Shown piece after piece: positions 48,713 through 62,183 of a stretch of 64,000 nucleotides of DNA; the stretch's first letter is position 1; the number at the start of each line of letters is the position of its first letter. A program made the translations under genes and the position numbers. This DNA comes from Octopus vulgaris (lineage: Eukaryota): contig OX597814.1 of assembly GCA_951406725.2 (NCBI GenBank), positions 35,960,001 through 36,024,000 of the forward strand, given 5' to 3'. Under the pieces are notes generated by a model. The model was not told the DNA's origin. It saw only the letters and a list, made by a program, of their open reading frames with translations, and searched no databases.

Positions 48713-49975
48713 TTGCAGTTGTTATTTCTAGTAGATTGAGCAATCATACTGAGGTTTCTTCTTTGGTTTGTTTTAAACAAGTGTTTTTGATTAATATGGT
48801 TTTTTTGCTTTATGTATAAGTGCAGGCATGGCTGAATTGGTACACATTACACTTCATAGAAATATGGTTGTGGATCCTATCCCATTACATGGTGCTTTAG
48901 TCAAGAATCTTCTAATAATAGCCTCCACTGACCGATACCTTGTGAGTGAGATTAATTGATAGAAACTATGGCAACTGGCTGAGTGTGTGTGCGAGTGTGT
49001 GTGTGTGTGGGGGGGGCTTGTGTGTGTGCCTGTATGTATGTATGTAGGTGTGTGTGTATGTAGTTGTGCGTGTGTGTGTGTGTACATGGACATTTGCATT
49101 CCACATGGCATCACTCGAGAATGTGTGATCAAAACAGTGATAGTGATATCATGTTCCCAATCCCTGAGAAGAATGCATTCTGTAGCTTTTACACATTAGA
49201 CTCATGGTGATTAGTGAAATATAAAAATATCTTCTGCAAATGATAAAAGATGTAGCTAGTGAGAAAATGGGCATCCAACCATAAAATACTGCCTCAAATA
49301 AGTCTTCACCCAAACCATGCTAGCATGGAAAAATAGATATAAAAATAAACAAAAACATTTCTGTGAGATAAACTTTGAAATTAAACAATAAACTACCTGA
49401 AGCTGGAGCAAAAAAAAACAAACAATAATAAACACAAACAATATCGCACAGCAAAACATCTATGTTACAGCTGAAACTCCCCACAAATTGAAACTAGTTT
49501 CAGCAAATTATTGATTTGACCAACAGATCTTATCTTAAAACTAATCCTCTTTCAATCATCAATAAAATAAAATATAAGAGCTTAAACCTCCTGTTGTTTT
49601 CTTTGAAAGTAAGTCAGATGATATATAATAAAATATCCTGTTAGTATTTCCTCACTTAGTTTGCATTATAAGTTTTTTCTTGCCATAACTATTTGCTGGT
49701 ATTCTACAGTGAAATGTGGGCTTTTCTGAAATAGTAATTGCAAATATTAATAGCAGCTAACATCAGCAGATATTTGTATAACTCACTGAGATGTGGCTAT
49801 GTGTGTATGACAAATGTTCAATTATAATGTGACACATGTTTGTGCACAAATCTCCTGTTGACATTTACGCAAAGAATATGTTTCCTGCAAACATGTGAAA
49901 ATTCATGCAGGGGATATACACACAGATACATAGCCGCAGGCACTAACACTCATAGATGCTCACATACATATGCAT

Positions 49976-50009
<34 letters not shown>

Positions 50010-50072
50010 ATATATATACATACATATATATACACATATACACACACATATATATATATATATATATACATG

Positions 50073-50111
<39 letters not shown>

Positions 50112-50859
50112 GCACACACATCACTCTCTCCTTCTCAATCTCCTCCTCTCTCTACATATATATGCATGCTTATATGTAGCCATATACAAACACATTTACA
50201 CACACACACACACATTTGTATGTGTGTTTAAGTGTATATGCAAAATTAATGAACAAAAAAAGAAAATTCAATAAATATAAGAAAATTTTTCCTGGCAAGC
50301 AAACATGTGTTTTAATCTTCATAATGGATTTTTCTATAATTCAAGAAATAAAGAGAAAACAAATATAGTTTGAACTTTTAAAGAGAACAGCTAGTGCTCA
50401 GCAACCAAAATCCATAAGACACAATTATTGCTTATTTACAACATGGTAGATTAGACACAGTACATGAGGAATGTAATCATGATTTTTCAAGCATTTTTTA
50501 TTTTGTCTTGTAACACTGACATTAAAATCACATCTGATCAATTATCTGTTTTATCTTTCAGCTGTAAAGTCAGCAGTCAATAAAATGGGATTTAAGGAAG
50601 AGGATTATCATCTTGCAAATGACAAAGGGTATATTACTTCAGTAATTAATTCCTGTTTCTCAGTGAAGATTCAACTCAATTAACTTCTCAACAGAATACA
50701 ACCCTAAGCAGATAATGCTCCCAGAAGTTGTGGCATGCATTCCTTGATTGCTGTTAAAATTATAGTATTTTTAATTTTATTAAATTATTCTAGTGGTTTG
50801 CTGTGACATACACTAAAGCACTGAAACAATCTCTTTATTATAACTCATACTAGTATTGT

Positions 50860-51232
50860 GGATGCGCAATGGCCCAGTGGTTAGGGCAGCGGACTCGCGG
50901 TTGTAGGATCACGGTTTCGATGCCCAGAGCGGGTGTTGTGAGTGTTTATTGAGTGAAAACACCTAAAGCTCCACGAGGCTCCGGGAGGGATGGTGGTGAT
51001 CCCTGCTGTACTCTTTCACCACAACTTTCTCTCACTCTTACTTCCTGTTTCTGTTGTACCTGTATTTCAAAGGGCTGGCCTTGTCACGCTGAATATCCCC
51101 GAGAACTGCGTTAAGGGTACACGTGTCTGTGGCGTGCTCAGCCACTTACACGTTAATTTCACGAGCAGGCTGTTCCGTTGATCGGATCAACCGGAACCCT
51201 CGTCGTCGTAACCGACGGAGTGCTTCCACTCC
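50860..51232 (+). mobile_element. Well-preserved tRNA-derived SINE with 11-bp TSD
   Basis: ACTAGTATTGT at 50849-50859 and 51233-51243; A box tggcccagtgg, B box ggtttcgatgcc; CpG-rich. Confidence 0.92.
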
Positions 51233-51437
51233 ACTAGTATTGTATAAATTTCGAATTAAGGTATAATGGCATGAAATTGGGAGGAGGATTAACCAGTTAT
51301 ATTAACTTGAGTATTGGATTGGTACTTTATTTTATCAGCCCAGAAGGATACAGAGTAAAGCTGACTGTAGCATGTTTTGCATGGCTGTATAGTGAAGACT
51401 TGTACTTCCTAACCACATGTTGTTGTTTGTTCCTTCT

Positions 51438-51727
51438 TAAGCCACACCTGGCTCATAAGGGCCGGTTTCCTGATTTCCTTGGTGTATAGATTCCCCCACC
51501 TGGATGGGACGCCTGTCTGTCACAGGTGAGCTGCAAGGTGCAGGAGGAAAGAGTGAGAGAAAGTTGTGGCGAAAGAGTCAGCAGAAGTTCACCATTACCT
51601 TCTGCTGGAGCTGCGTGGAGCTTAGGTGTTTCACTCATAGACACACACATTGCCCGGTCTGAGATTCAAACCTGCGATCTCTCAACTGTAAGTCCACTGC
51701 TCTAACCACTAGGTCATATGCCTTCAC
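51438..51727 (-). mobile_element. tRNA-derived SINE inverted relative to 50860-51232
   Basis: aagagtgagagaaagttgtggcgaaagagt..gtggagcttaggtgtttc is complementary to the body of the upstream SINE. Confidence 0.85.
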
Positions 51728-51892
51728 TCCTAACCACATGGGTTCAGATTCAGTCCAACTATCTGATACTTTGGGCAAGTGCCCGCTACTGTAGCTTCAC
51801 ACCACGCCCCATCAAGCTGCCCAAACCTTGTGAGTAGATTTGCTTGGCAGAAACTGAAAAGAAGCCTATCTCTTGCTTTCTCTCTCTTTCTT

Positions 51893-51929
<37 letters not shown>

Positions 51930-51939
51930 GAGGGTCTAT

Positions 51940-51980
<41 letters not shown>

Positions 51981-52145
51981 GTTAATCCAAACAAGAAAAC
52001 ACAAAAAAAACACAGCAACGAGGACGTATATATATATATATATATATCCGAGAAGGGAAGACAGAGGAAAAATATACAGTTACATATACATATGTTGGAG
52101 GGTGTGTTTTCCAAAATGCCGGTGAATACCTTTCTCCATGTGATT

Positions 52146-52212
52146 GACTTGAAAAATTGTTAAAACACTAGGCTATTTTCCTACTTTTCTTAACATGAAA
52201 CCAATGGTAGCG
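52146..52212 (+). ncRNA. Hammerhead-like motif with U3-A8 core variant in a (TA)n-flanked module (~52048-52270)
   Basis: GAC-UUGAAAA-AUUGUUA..UAACAU-GAAA-CCAAUGG-UA; stems II and III pair, stem I is damaged. Confidence 0.4.
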
Positions 52213-52266
52213 TTAATTCACAAATAAAGAAATTATATCCACCAGTGTGGTGTTGAGCACTCATTT

Positions 52267-52303
<37 letters not shown>

Positions 52304-52309
<6 letters not shown>

Positions 52310-52890
52310 AAAAGAAAATGGAGGGAATAAAAAATGACATGCATCAGCTGGTAGACATTGTATTATGTCTATTTATTCCAAAACAAAAGGGAGTATTATA
52401 AGAATATATACACATGCAAACAGTGTGAGAGGAGTAAAATTTAGTAAAATTTACTCCTCTCACACTCTATTCTTCTTATGCCCTCTTCAATAAGAAAAAA
52501 TATACTGTATCTATTAGTAACTGGCTCTCCTAAAGATTTAGACCCTCTGATGAAGCCTAGAGGCACACTCAACAACCAAACTTTATCTACCCATCCCTAC
52601 AGAACACTGAAGAGATGGAGCTAGCATGGAAGATATCATGGTCTCTTGGCAGAAAATGCCGTAAGGAACTGGTCTTTTAATCTTTTACTCTTTTATGTAT
52701 TACTAGTATATATTTGTGTAGTAATACAGTCTTTGCACGTGTATATATTCTTACAATACTCCCTTTTGTTTTGGAATAAATAGACATAATAGAATGTCTA
52801 CCGGCCGATGTATGTCATCTTTGTATCCCTTCCATTTTCTTTTTGTTGTATAAATTAAGGGTAAACCACTTTTTACTCCTGCCCATATAT
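52304..52890 (+). mobile_element. Penelope-like terminal-repeat module with inverted 5' segment and hammerhead at 52540-52675
   Basis: 52309-52420 is an inverted copy of 52732-52844; AGACCCU-CUGAUGA-aGCCuAGAG..CUCUuGGCa-GAAA-AUGCCG-UA-AGG..GGUCU; perfect 17-bp hairpin arms at 52422-38 / 52450-66; (TA)n on the left. Confidence 0.7.
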
Positions 52891-53849
52891 GACACTCGAT
52901 TGCAAAATTGCCATGCAATAACCAGCACTTGGGTATTGATAATTCAGCACACTACCAGCAGTATATTGGATAGGTTATGTCCCTTAGTTTGTTGGCTTCC
53001 CAACCTCTAACTTTTACGGAAATATACATCTAGAGTGTCTCCTCATCTTGATATCATGCAGTAGATGTAAATAAGCATCACTGTTATACGAACAATGTCA
53101 TTCAGTTTCAATATTCTAGAAAAACATATTTTGCTATGGGGAAATATTACCTACCTAGCTAGGAAAAAGCTGAGGGTCGGCAACAGGAATGGCATTCAGC
53201 AGTAGAAAATTTACCTCAGTAAACTCTGTCCAAGCCAGGGAAGCATGGTGAAACAGACATAAAAATGATGGCAGATAGATGAATATAAAAAGCCCAAAAT
53301 ATCAGTATCATCATCATCATTTTTATATCTTTCTATGATAGAACTTTTTGAGGCACCATAGACTGAACTGGGTGTGTTACACAGAGGTTATATAGGGAAT
53401 CAAGTGGAAGAAACTAAGCCAAAAAATGCAACATACAAGCAAGATGTAGGAGGTTTGTAATTTTGGATAAAAACTGATTTGGTGATGATTTGTCTAATCC
53501 AAACCAGCATAGAAAGCAGATATAAAATGATAATACTGACATCTATGTATAATGATGCCAAAAGCTGCATAAAGAAGTTCCGATCTCTCAAAGCAGATCT
53601 AATTATAAGCTCTAATTTACTTTCATATTTCCAAATTTCAATAATAACAGTCATGATAATTTCAACAAAATCGTATGCTACTTCTCAGTTCCTGCTTTTC
53701 CAGTCAAAAGTTCATGGACCATCTATCCGTAGAAGCACACATATCTAAAACTTCTTCCACTTAGTGTAAGAGATGTACAGATTGTTGAAATCTGTTGGGA
53801 CAGTGTGTTCACACAACTTTTCATGTAAAGTATAATCATATGACTACTA

Positions 53850-54700
53850 TTGTTATAAATCAGAAACTATTGTATAACCTAACCCTGATATCTAACTTCC
53901 AGTACAACTTCCTAATTAATTTGATAAAGAATTTGATTTAGCATTACGGGCTGGTTTGCTTTCTCTGTGAACTGTACTTCTACCTATCAGGCATTTGTTT
54001 ATGACAAACTAATTTGGTCCACTGAGATAACTGCTAATGATATGAACCATTTATGTTTTTTTCAATTGAAAAGTACTGCAACACACTTTCAACTCTGGCA
54101 TTTACAACTTCTTATATATATAAAAAAAGAATACAATTAGAGTTACTTTACTGTGTATATCATATAAACTGAAACACACAATGTTCGGTGTGATCATAAC
54201 AATATGACAACTCTTCAATCTAGTTTTAAAGGAAAGAAAAGTAAAAACAAAAGGAGGAAAAAAACAACAAAAAGAAACCAAAGAATAATAAGAAATCACA
54301 TGATATGAGTTTTTCAAAAGATGATAAAATAAAAAAAAGGTGAATAAAAGACTGCCACACCTTTTTGACCAAAGTTAATCTTCTGACTAATATATTTTGA
54401 AAGTTGTGTGCTGATGTGAAATTCAGTGTTGAATGGCTCACTTTGAATCAGAATGCTGCAGATTATCTTCAGATTAAATGAACCATTCAGTTGCAAAATC
54501 TCTGTTGGCCTCTTGTTGTTAATATGATTGATGGCCTTTCTAAATAAGTTGGAAACCCCAGAGGATTGTTTGCCACGTTTTATCAATAAAAGTGGTTCAC
54601 TTCATATGGTTTACACATAGATCAAGCGAATATCTAAAAATGTGTAATTATTCAGCTGGCTAAGAGAGACCTTAAGGACATTTTATGATTATTTCCTCCT
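53850..54700 (-). mobile_element. Possible very old Penelope-like RT/linker remnant
   Basis: Faint peptides HFLDIRL, KPY, ANNPLG, KAINH resembling the PLE NFLDVTL..KPY..SNHPP..INKR region; heavily mutated. Confidence 0.35.
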
Positions 54701-55518
54701 AAAAATCATGCTCCATTCAGGTGAAGGAAAAAAAATATTATTTTATTTTGTTGTCAGTTTTATGCATGAATAAGTAAATTGTTAAAAACTTGATTAAATT
54801 GTTGGGTTGCAGGTCACACTATGGTGCTTTCCATTAAATTAAATACGATTTGCTATTTTTTTCTTTTTGCTTCTTTTAATCTCTGTATTTTTTATTTGGA
54901 TGTTGTATTCCCTTAAATAACCGATGGCTTATTGTTTTACTATTTTCTTTTAAGAGTTAAATCAAACACAAGTTTCACAAAATAATATGTCATTAACATG
55001 TGTACCTCATTGTAAATGCAGCAAGGATTACACATATAAAAAAAACATACAGAGTAATGTATTAAAAATAACTTCAATCTCGCTTACTTCAGAGAGACCA
55101 ACATTACCTATCTAAGCAAAGACTTGCTTTTATATTCAACACATTAATGTCACACCTTGAGATATTTACCAAAATAAATCTTATCACTCCTTGACACTGG
55201 TACAATGTGCTTGGCAGCATGAACATTTCTAAGCTAAATTGTCAACTTATTGAGACCAATCTGTATCCCATCTCATAGATTGGACATTTCTGGTTAGATC
55301 AGATCTAAATAGTTATGGGCTGAAGTGGTTTCTTCAATGTTAGTGTTCTGAGAACTACAATCATATACAATATTCTTTCCTAAATTAATAAAACTGTATG
55401 TTAGGTTGTTACTACTAACTACTCACCTCTATAATACTTCTACTCCCTTTCTACTAACCTACCTCTCATTTATATCATCTACACACATGTAGACACTTTG
55501 TACACAGTGTGCATTGTT

Positions 55519-55714
55519 TATATGTAAAATAAAATTACCTGTAAAATAAAAATTATATGTAAAATAAAATTACCTGTAAAATAAAAATTATATGTAAATT
55601 AAAATTACCTGTAAAATAAAAATTATATGTAAACTAAAATTACCTGTAAAATAAGAATTATATGTAAAATAAAATTACCTGTAAAATAAAAATTATATGT
55701 AAAATAAAATTACC
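55519..55714. repeat. 35-bp minisatellite, ~5.6 copies, built from two related 17-18-bp halves
   Basis: Unit tatatgtaaaataaaattacctgtaaaataaaaat at 55519, 55554 and onward. Confidence 0.95.
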
Positions 55715-55717
55715 TTC

Positions 55718-55954
55718 TCACATCATGCTGACTCATAAGGGCCAGTTTCTCAGTTTCATGGTGTATAAATTCTCTACCGGGACAAGATGCCAGTCCATCA
55801 CAAGGTTACTCAATTTTGTCAACTGAAGGAACTGGAGCAACATGAAATGAAGTGTTTTGCTCAAGAACACAATGTATTGCCTGGGCTGGGAATCGAAATC
55901 ACAATCTTCCGATCATGAGTTCAACACCTTAACCACCAAGTCATGTGCCTCCAC
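55718..55954 (-). mobile_element. SINE family C copy
   Basis: Matches 15477-15722. Confidence 0.85.
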
Positions 55955-56245
55955 AATTGTTGTACAAAGGATTGAAGGCATCTATTAATGAGAAAACAGA
56001 AACCTAGACCCTTTGAATAACACAATGATACAATTGCTACGTATAACAGTTTGACCAGTTTCTTACTCCGACAAAACCCACCTTTGGCTTAATTAGTGTA
56101 ATACCTACATATACAGGGCAAGGATGCTGTTACACTGACAAGCATTCTAAACAACAAGTAAAGAACTTTCCAGCTGATTGACAACAACACCATCACCTGT
56201 CTACAACAAGCACTGGCTATTTCCTCCTTTTGGTCTTTCTCACAT

Positions 56246-56636
56246 TACTCTTTTACTCTTTTACTTGTTTCAATCATTTGATTGCAGCCATGCTGGAGCA
56301 CCACCTTTAGTTGAGCAAATCGACCCCAGGACTTATTCTTTGTAAGCCTGGTACTTATTCTATCGGTCTCTTTGCCAAACCGCTAGGTTGCAGGGACATA
56401 AACACACCAGCATCGGTTGTCAAGCAGAGTTGGGGGGACAAACACACACACACATACATACATACATACATACGACGGGCTTCTTTCAGTTTCCACCTAC
56501 AAAATCTACTCACAAGGCTTTGGTCGGCCCATGGCTATAGTAGAAGACACTTGCCCAAGGTGCCACGCAGTGGGACTGAACCCAGAACCATGTAGTCCGT
56601 AAGCAAGCTACTTACCATACAGCCACTCCTGTGCCT
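56246..56636 (-). mobile_element. SINE family B copy
   Basis: Reverse complement of 43517-43988. Confidence 0.92.
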
Positions 56637-58281
56637 ATAAACATTATTACAACTTTTTTCCATTTAGCACTATAATCTTTCATCATTCCCAAAACTCATC
56701 TCATGTTCTCATAATGTATATTGTATCCTTTCCAACAGATCTAGTATGAAGCATTTTGTTTGATTCTTTCTATCTAAAAGTGCAACTCTCTGGAACGCTA
56801 CATTTCTAGATCTTCTTTGCAAATATAGACTGATTGAAATTGAAAGTGAATTCATCACTTTAGTCAGTTTAGTCACTTTCCTGCAAAACACCTGTTTTGC
56901 GGGAAAGAGTTACAAAATCTATGGGTGCAGCCATCTCTTACACTGATTAATTTATAATTATAACAAAGGGTCTACAATTAGATTTTCAGTGGAAATATTC
57001 ACAGATGAATGTGACTTGCAACCCATCAAATATATCTATAATCAAACGCATAAAGCTCATGTTTTCTTTCCTAATACTGCGTAATATCAGTACTCCTCCT
57101 TACCTATGTTTTCTTTTTCTACAATCATCAACTGGCAGATATTGATGCTAACATCTCATTTTCTCTTTATATTTTCAACCAATTTAAAATCAATTTACAT
57201 GCTCATCAGGAGATTTGCAAATTTGCCTGATTTGTGGAAAGAAGGATTTTTATACTTGTTGTTCTTTACTAATATAATCTAAACAAATAGAAAGAGAATT
57301 TTTTAAAATCTTATTTTCATTTAAATAGACTGAAGCAAGAAAAATGATGTGCTTTCCCTAAAATCATAGTATTTTCCACTGTGAGTTGCATAAGAATGTT
57401 GGACACCCTGCTGAATTCATGTCCTTAAAAAGAAATAAAAATCTGTTCTATTCAACAAACTTCACAGCTGCAAATCATAAAGTAGGAACATTGCCATTAA
57501 TTCTTAATCTAACTTTAGCATTCCCTCACCAATTTATTACAACCACTGGCAGAGTGTTTCATATTTTTCTCTTTTATTTTAACAACAACTTTTCCTCATC
57601 CAAATTTACCTACTGTGTACCACCCAATGAATCCTCATCTCCTACTGTCGTTTATTGTTCCCAAACTTCATATTAAGCACTTCTTCTTGATTTTTATTTT
57701 TTAAGAACTGCCTATTTTGAAATTCTTGCTTGTGTTTTCTCTTGTAATTATCAAGCTGCAGAAGTTAAAAATTGAACAGCGAATCTATCAATCCTGGAAG
57801 AACTGCAATATTTATAACAATTGCAACTCTTCCCCAAAATAGCTAATAATAATGCTGGTTCCCTTATCTCATTGCAGAGCTAGTATGGAAACATGAGTAT
57901 TATGAAATTCTTTGGTAAATAAGAAAAGAAACATATTTTGGAGATGTGTTTGTCTGGTAAATGATTTGATTTGAAATTGTATGTTGAAACTAAAGCAGTT
58001 ACAGCATGCTAGGCACAATTTAGCCATTCAATAATTTGCAATAACTGTTAACTTCATTTCATCATTTATTATTTAGTAATCTCAAAAGAAGTATAAATTG
58101 CTAAAACATTTCTTGTCACATATATATAACTGCAGATAAAATGAAAAGGAAAAAAAAATACAAAGTATTTAGTACTGACATATTGGTAGTTTAATGTGTC
58201 ATTTTGTTAATATCATTAGCATAATAATAAATGACTAACTTTAATAATCTCAGATATGTTCGACCTTCAGAATGACTTAAG

Positions 58282-59106
58282 GATTGACCTTAAACTCTGC
58301 TGTGCAGGCACACTAAGTTTTAATGTTGTAGCTCACTTCCGCTGTTTACAGCAGTGCTTGGAAGGAAGGTGTGTAGCATGTGATCGTTGCATTGACAATG
58401 ACTTTCCCTGGCAGAGAAAGTTGTCATGGCAATACCTGTTCAGAGGCCTATGAAAAGTTGCAGAAAGTGTATGGGGAGGAGTGTATGAGCTGCTCACAAT
58501 GTACACATCTTTCAGACATTTCCAAGATGGCTGAAAAATGTCAATATTGATGAATGTTCATGGAGACCTGCAACCAGCAGAACTGAGAAAAACATTGCAG
58601 ATGTGTGTGCAGCTGTGAGGGAAAAATCATTGAATCACCATCCATGAGTTATCAGAGGATGTACAGATTAGTTATCGTTTAGTTCAGTCCATTATCTCTG
58701 AAGATTTGAGTATGAGATGCGCATCTGCTAAGTTTGTGTCAAAACTGCTTTTTGGCTGACCAAAATGTCACTCAGGTTTCAGTTGCACAAGATCTTCTTG
58801 ATTGTGATGAGAACAATGAAAACTTTTTGAAAACTATGCGTAAGCCTCTGAGCAGGTATTGCCAAGCTTTTAGCAAAATTTGATGCAGATTCTCTGCTCA
58901 ACTTTCTCTGCCATGGTCAATGTGAGAATCACACACTTCACACCTTCCTTCCAAGCAAAGCTGTAAACAAGTGAAGTGAGCTAGAACATTAAAACTTAGT
59001 GTGCATGCACAGCAGAGTTCAAGGTTAATCTGTACCAAGTGACTTCACCTTCCATGCTTTAGCTTCATTACTATAGCAACAATCTGGATACTTATTGATC
59101 ATGCCA

Positions 59107-59108
<2 letters not shown>
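58282..59108 (+). mobile_element. mariner-derived fold-back element (5' end duplicated in inverted orientation)
   Basis: + strand EAYEKLQKVYGEECMS..RPATSRTEKNI..LSMRCASAKFVSKLL; 58838-59030 is an inverted copy of 58282-58455; TIR-like tggatacttattgatcatgccac at right end. Confidence 0.85.
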
Positions 59109-59160
<52 letters not shown>

Positions 59161-59744
59161 CTCATATTATAACCGCTCTCAATGTCTGGTTGTCACCAAC
59201 TATAACTGCTTACTGTTGTAGATCTATATGTCATCAGTTATTGGCTGTGTTTTGACAGGTTATGGGTTATGATCATTCATATAGATTTGAGTCAAATTAA
59301 ATATACATATAATGTATATACATATAGGTAAACAGCACTGTGTCTTAATGACCTACTTGTGAGAAGGAGCTTAGAGGTGTATGTAGAATGCATCTAAGTA
59401 ATATGCACTCTTAGCATATTACTCAGAATGCATGTTGAAGAAAAATGGCATTTCACTAGCATGGTTATATTGACAGTTTAAATAGGATAAGAAAGTGTGT
59501 TTGATAGCAAGATGAAAATATCTGTGGAAGTAAATTTCTGAAGTCATGTTTATTCTGAAAATGTTATTTAGTTTCGTCATACTGGTTTGACTGCATTTTC
59601 TCGTGCTGACAAAGGCTAGAGTATATATCCATAGGGGTGCATGCAAAATTAATCTTAAACTAATTCGTTTTTCCTTATTAATATATAATGAGAGTTTGTA
59701 CACATTATAGAAAAGAAAAGAACGGACTGGATTTAACACTAATC

Positions 59745-60885
59745 GTTTATTTACAGAAAGAGGCTTTCTTGTTCTTTTTATGAAGTGTCCAGTCCATTAT
59801 GCCCCAAAGGTGTTCAATAGGGTTCATATCTAGTGATTGGCTTGGTCATAGAAGCTTTCTAATGTTATTCTCATTCAACAAATCTTGGATCATTTTAGCT
59901 GTGTGACAAGGAGCCCATCATCCATAAATAAAGAGTCTTCTTTAAACATTTCACCACTGGAGATGATTGGAAATAGTCCTTTTAGTAATATGGACATATA
60001 CTTACCTGAGTTTATGTTTCCCTCACACTCCACCAGCTCTGATTGACCATTAATCTAAATTGCTCCCTACACCATTGCAGAATAGCTGTCATGTTTCATT
60101 GTTGGCTGCAATCTTTTCCCGTCAGATTCTTGATCACAGAGTCTCCAGATTTACACTTGACCAGTGTCAGAAAATACAGCAAATCTAGACTTACTGGAGA
60201 ATATGACAGTGTCCCAAAATGCTAGTGACCTCTCGACCATCTCACTGGCCCAGTCTTTTCTCTCCTTGATATTGGCTGGTCAGAGAAGTGTCTTCCTTTT
60301 TGCTGCTCTGCCATAGCGACCAAGTTTGTGGAGATATCTGATAGCTGTTCTGAGACTGACATCAACGTGTTCTGTTATGTCAGAGGCCTTGCAACGAGGA
60401 TTATCCTCCACACTTCTCTTAACAAAGAGATGAGTCCTGCCAGAGAGCCCTAGTAAACCTGGGCAAGGGGATGTGGATTCCTTCCCCTCTCTGGTGAATT
60501 GCACAATCACTTTATTAATTGTAGAAAGTGAGATTCCAAGGTTTTCTGCAATTTTAAGCTATGCATTTTCAGAACGACCCACAATACGGTCTCTTTGAAA
60601 TTCAGACAGTTCTAAGGCTTCTTTTGTACATGGCATGATTAAACAGCTACATATAGAACCTGAAACATAAAAATATCAATTAGTACAAAATATAAACCAT
60701 TACAAGTTAAAACACAAAGCGATATTTTATGGTGAGTGTGTTACATCATAAGGCACAAAAAGAAAATGACTCTCCCCAGACACAATAGAATATGCTTCAA
60801 CACACGAACTCATATAAAGAATCTTGCAAACCAAATCCCAAAACGAGATATATTATGGGGTGTCTATTTACTTCCGTCATGTCTG
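59745..60885 (-). mobile_element. Tc1-family transposon relic
   Basis: TIR-like CAGACATGACGGAAGTAAATAGACACCCC; [64 protein letters not shown]; stops and frameshifts. Confidence 0.88.
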
Positions 60886-61492
60886 TGTGTATATGCTTTA
60901 GCGTAGGTGCTCCATGCATGTTTTCTTGTCTGTTTGGTTGAGAGAGAATATATCTATGCAGCTTCAGAGCGGCGAGGCTAACTTCATTGTATAAGTTGTA
61001 AAAGAGGGTGGGGTGTGGCTAATATTGCATAATGTAATGGGGTAGAGCCAGAGGGAGCATACATAGAAAAAAGCCCTGGTTTCTATTTTGATATGCATTG
61101 CAAGAGATAAGGGGACAATATTTTCCTCATAGATAATGGATTAGATTCATTAACCATTGAAAAAGAATGTTAAAAACAGCAAATAGAAAGTTTTCACTTT
61201 GCTTCCATTAACAAAAATATTAAGTATCACTAGATTCATGTTGTTCCCTGGAAGTCAAAAATGTGAATGTGAATAGATGGCTAACAAAAATATTGAAAAA
61301 GAGAGAAAAAAAAAGGAATGAGACAAGGTAGGTGAAGCAGAGAGAGTGGGGTGGAACACAGGGCATCTGGAGTTAGAATGGGATAATAACCATCAAGACA
61401 AGAGAATATAGAAATCAAGAGGATACAGACAAACAAATGTGTGTATGCATGTGTGTATGTGTGCACATGAGCGCACATGCGTGTGTGTGTGT

Positions 61493-61680
61493 GTGTGGTT
61501 AAGAAGCATACTTTGTGATCATGTGATTTGGGGTTCAGTCCCTCTGTTTGGTACCTTTAGTGTCTTCTACTATAGCCCTAAGTAAGCCAATGCCTTGTGA
61601 GTTAATTTGGTAGACAGAAACTGTGTGGAAGCCTGTTATATATATATTCATATATGCATGTATATATACATGTATGTATA

Positions 61681-61725
<45 letters not shown>

Positions 61726-61726
61726 G

Positions 61727-61766
<40 letters not shown>

Positions 61767-62085
61767 CTCATTTAGCGTCCATTGTCCATGCTGGCATAGG
61801 ATGAATGGTTTGATCAGGGTTGGTGACCTGGCTGACTGCAGCAGACTGCAGTCTGATTTGGCATGGTTTCTATGGATAGTTGCCCTCCTAATGCCAACCG
61901 CCAACCACTCCAAGAGTGTAGTGGGAGCTTTGCATGACACCAGTATCTGGTACCTACTATGACTGTGATTTTACTTGGCTTGACGGGTCTTCTTCTCCAA
62001 CATGACATAATGCAAAAGGTTTCGGCCATTATCAGCCCAGGTCATGACCAACTCAATAGTACCACCTGGAAAAGTCTTTTAGTTA
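61493..62085. mobile_element. SINE B head (plus, ~61493-61638) and SINE A variant (minus, ~61768-62085) separated by (TA)n
   Basis: Shared motifs ggttcagtccc..tttggtagacagaaactg and tttagcgtccattgtccatgctggcat. Confidence 0.75.
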
Positions 62086-62097
62086 ATTATTTCTGGA

Positions 62098-62166
<69 letters not shown>

Positions 62167-62183
62167 TAGATATATATATAATA

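Noticed and set aside
50561-50628. Plus-strand exon-like segments (tctttcag at ~50560; ctcattgcag at ~57877)
   Set aside because: Weak donors, no recognisable peptide, and such signals are expected by chance in AT-rich DNA.
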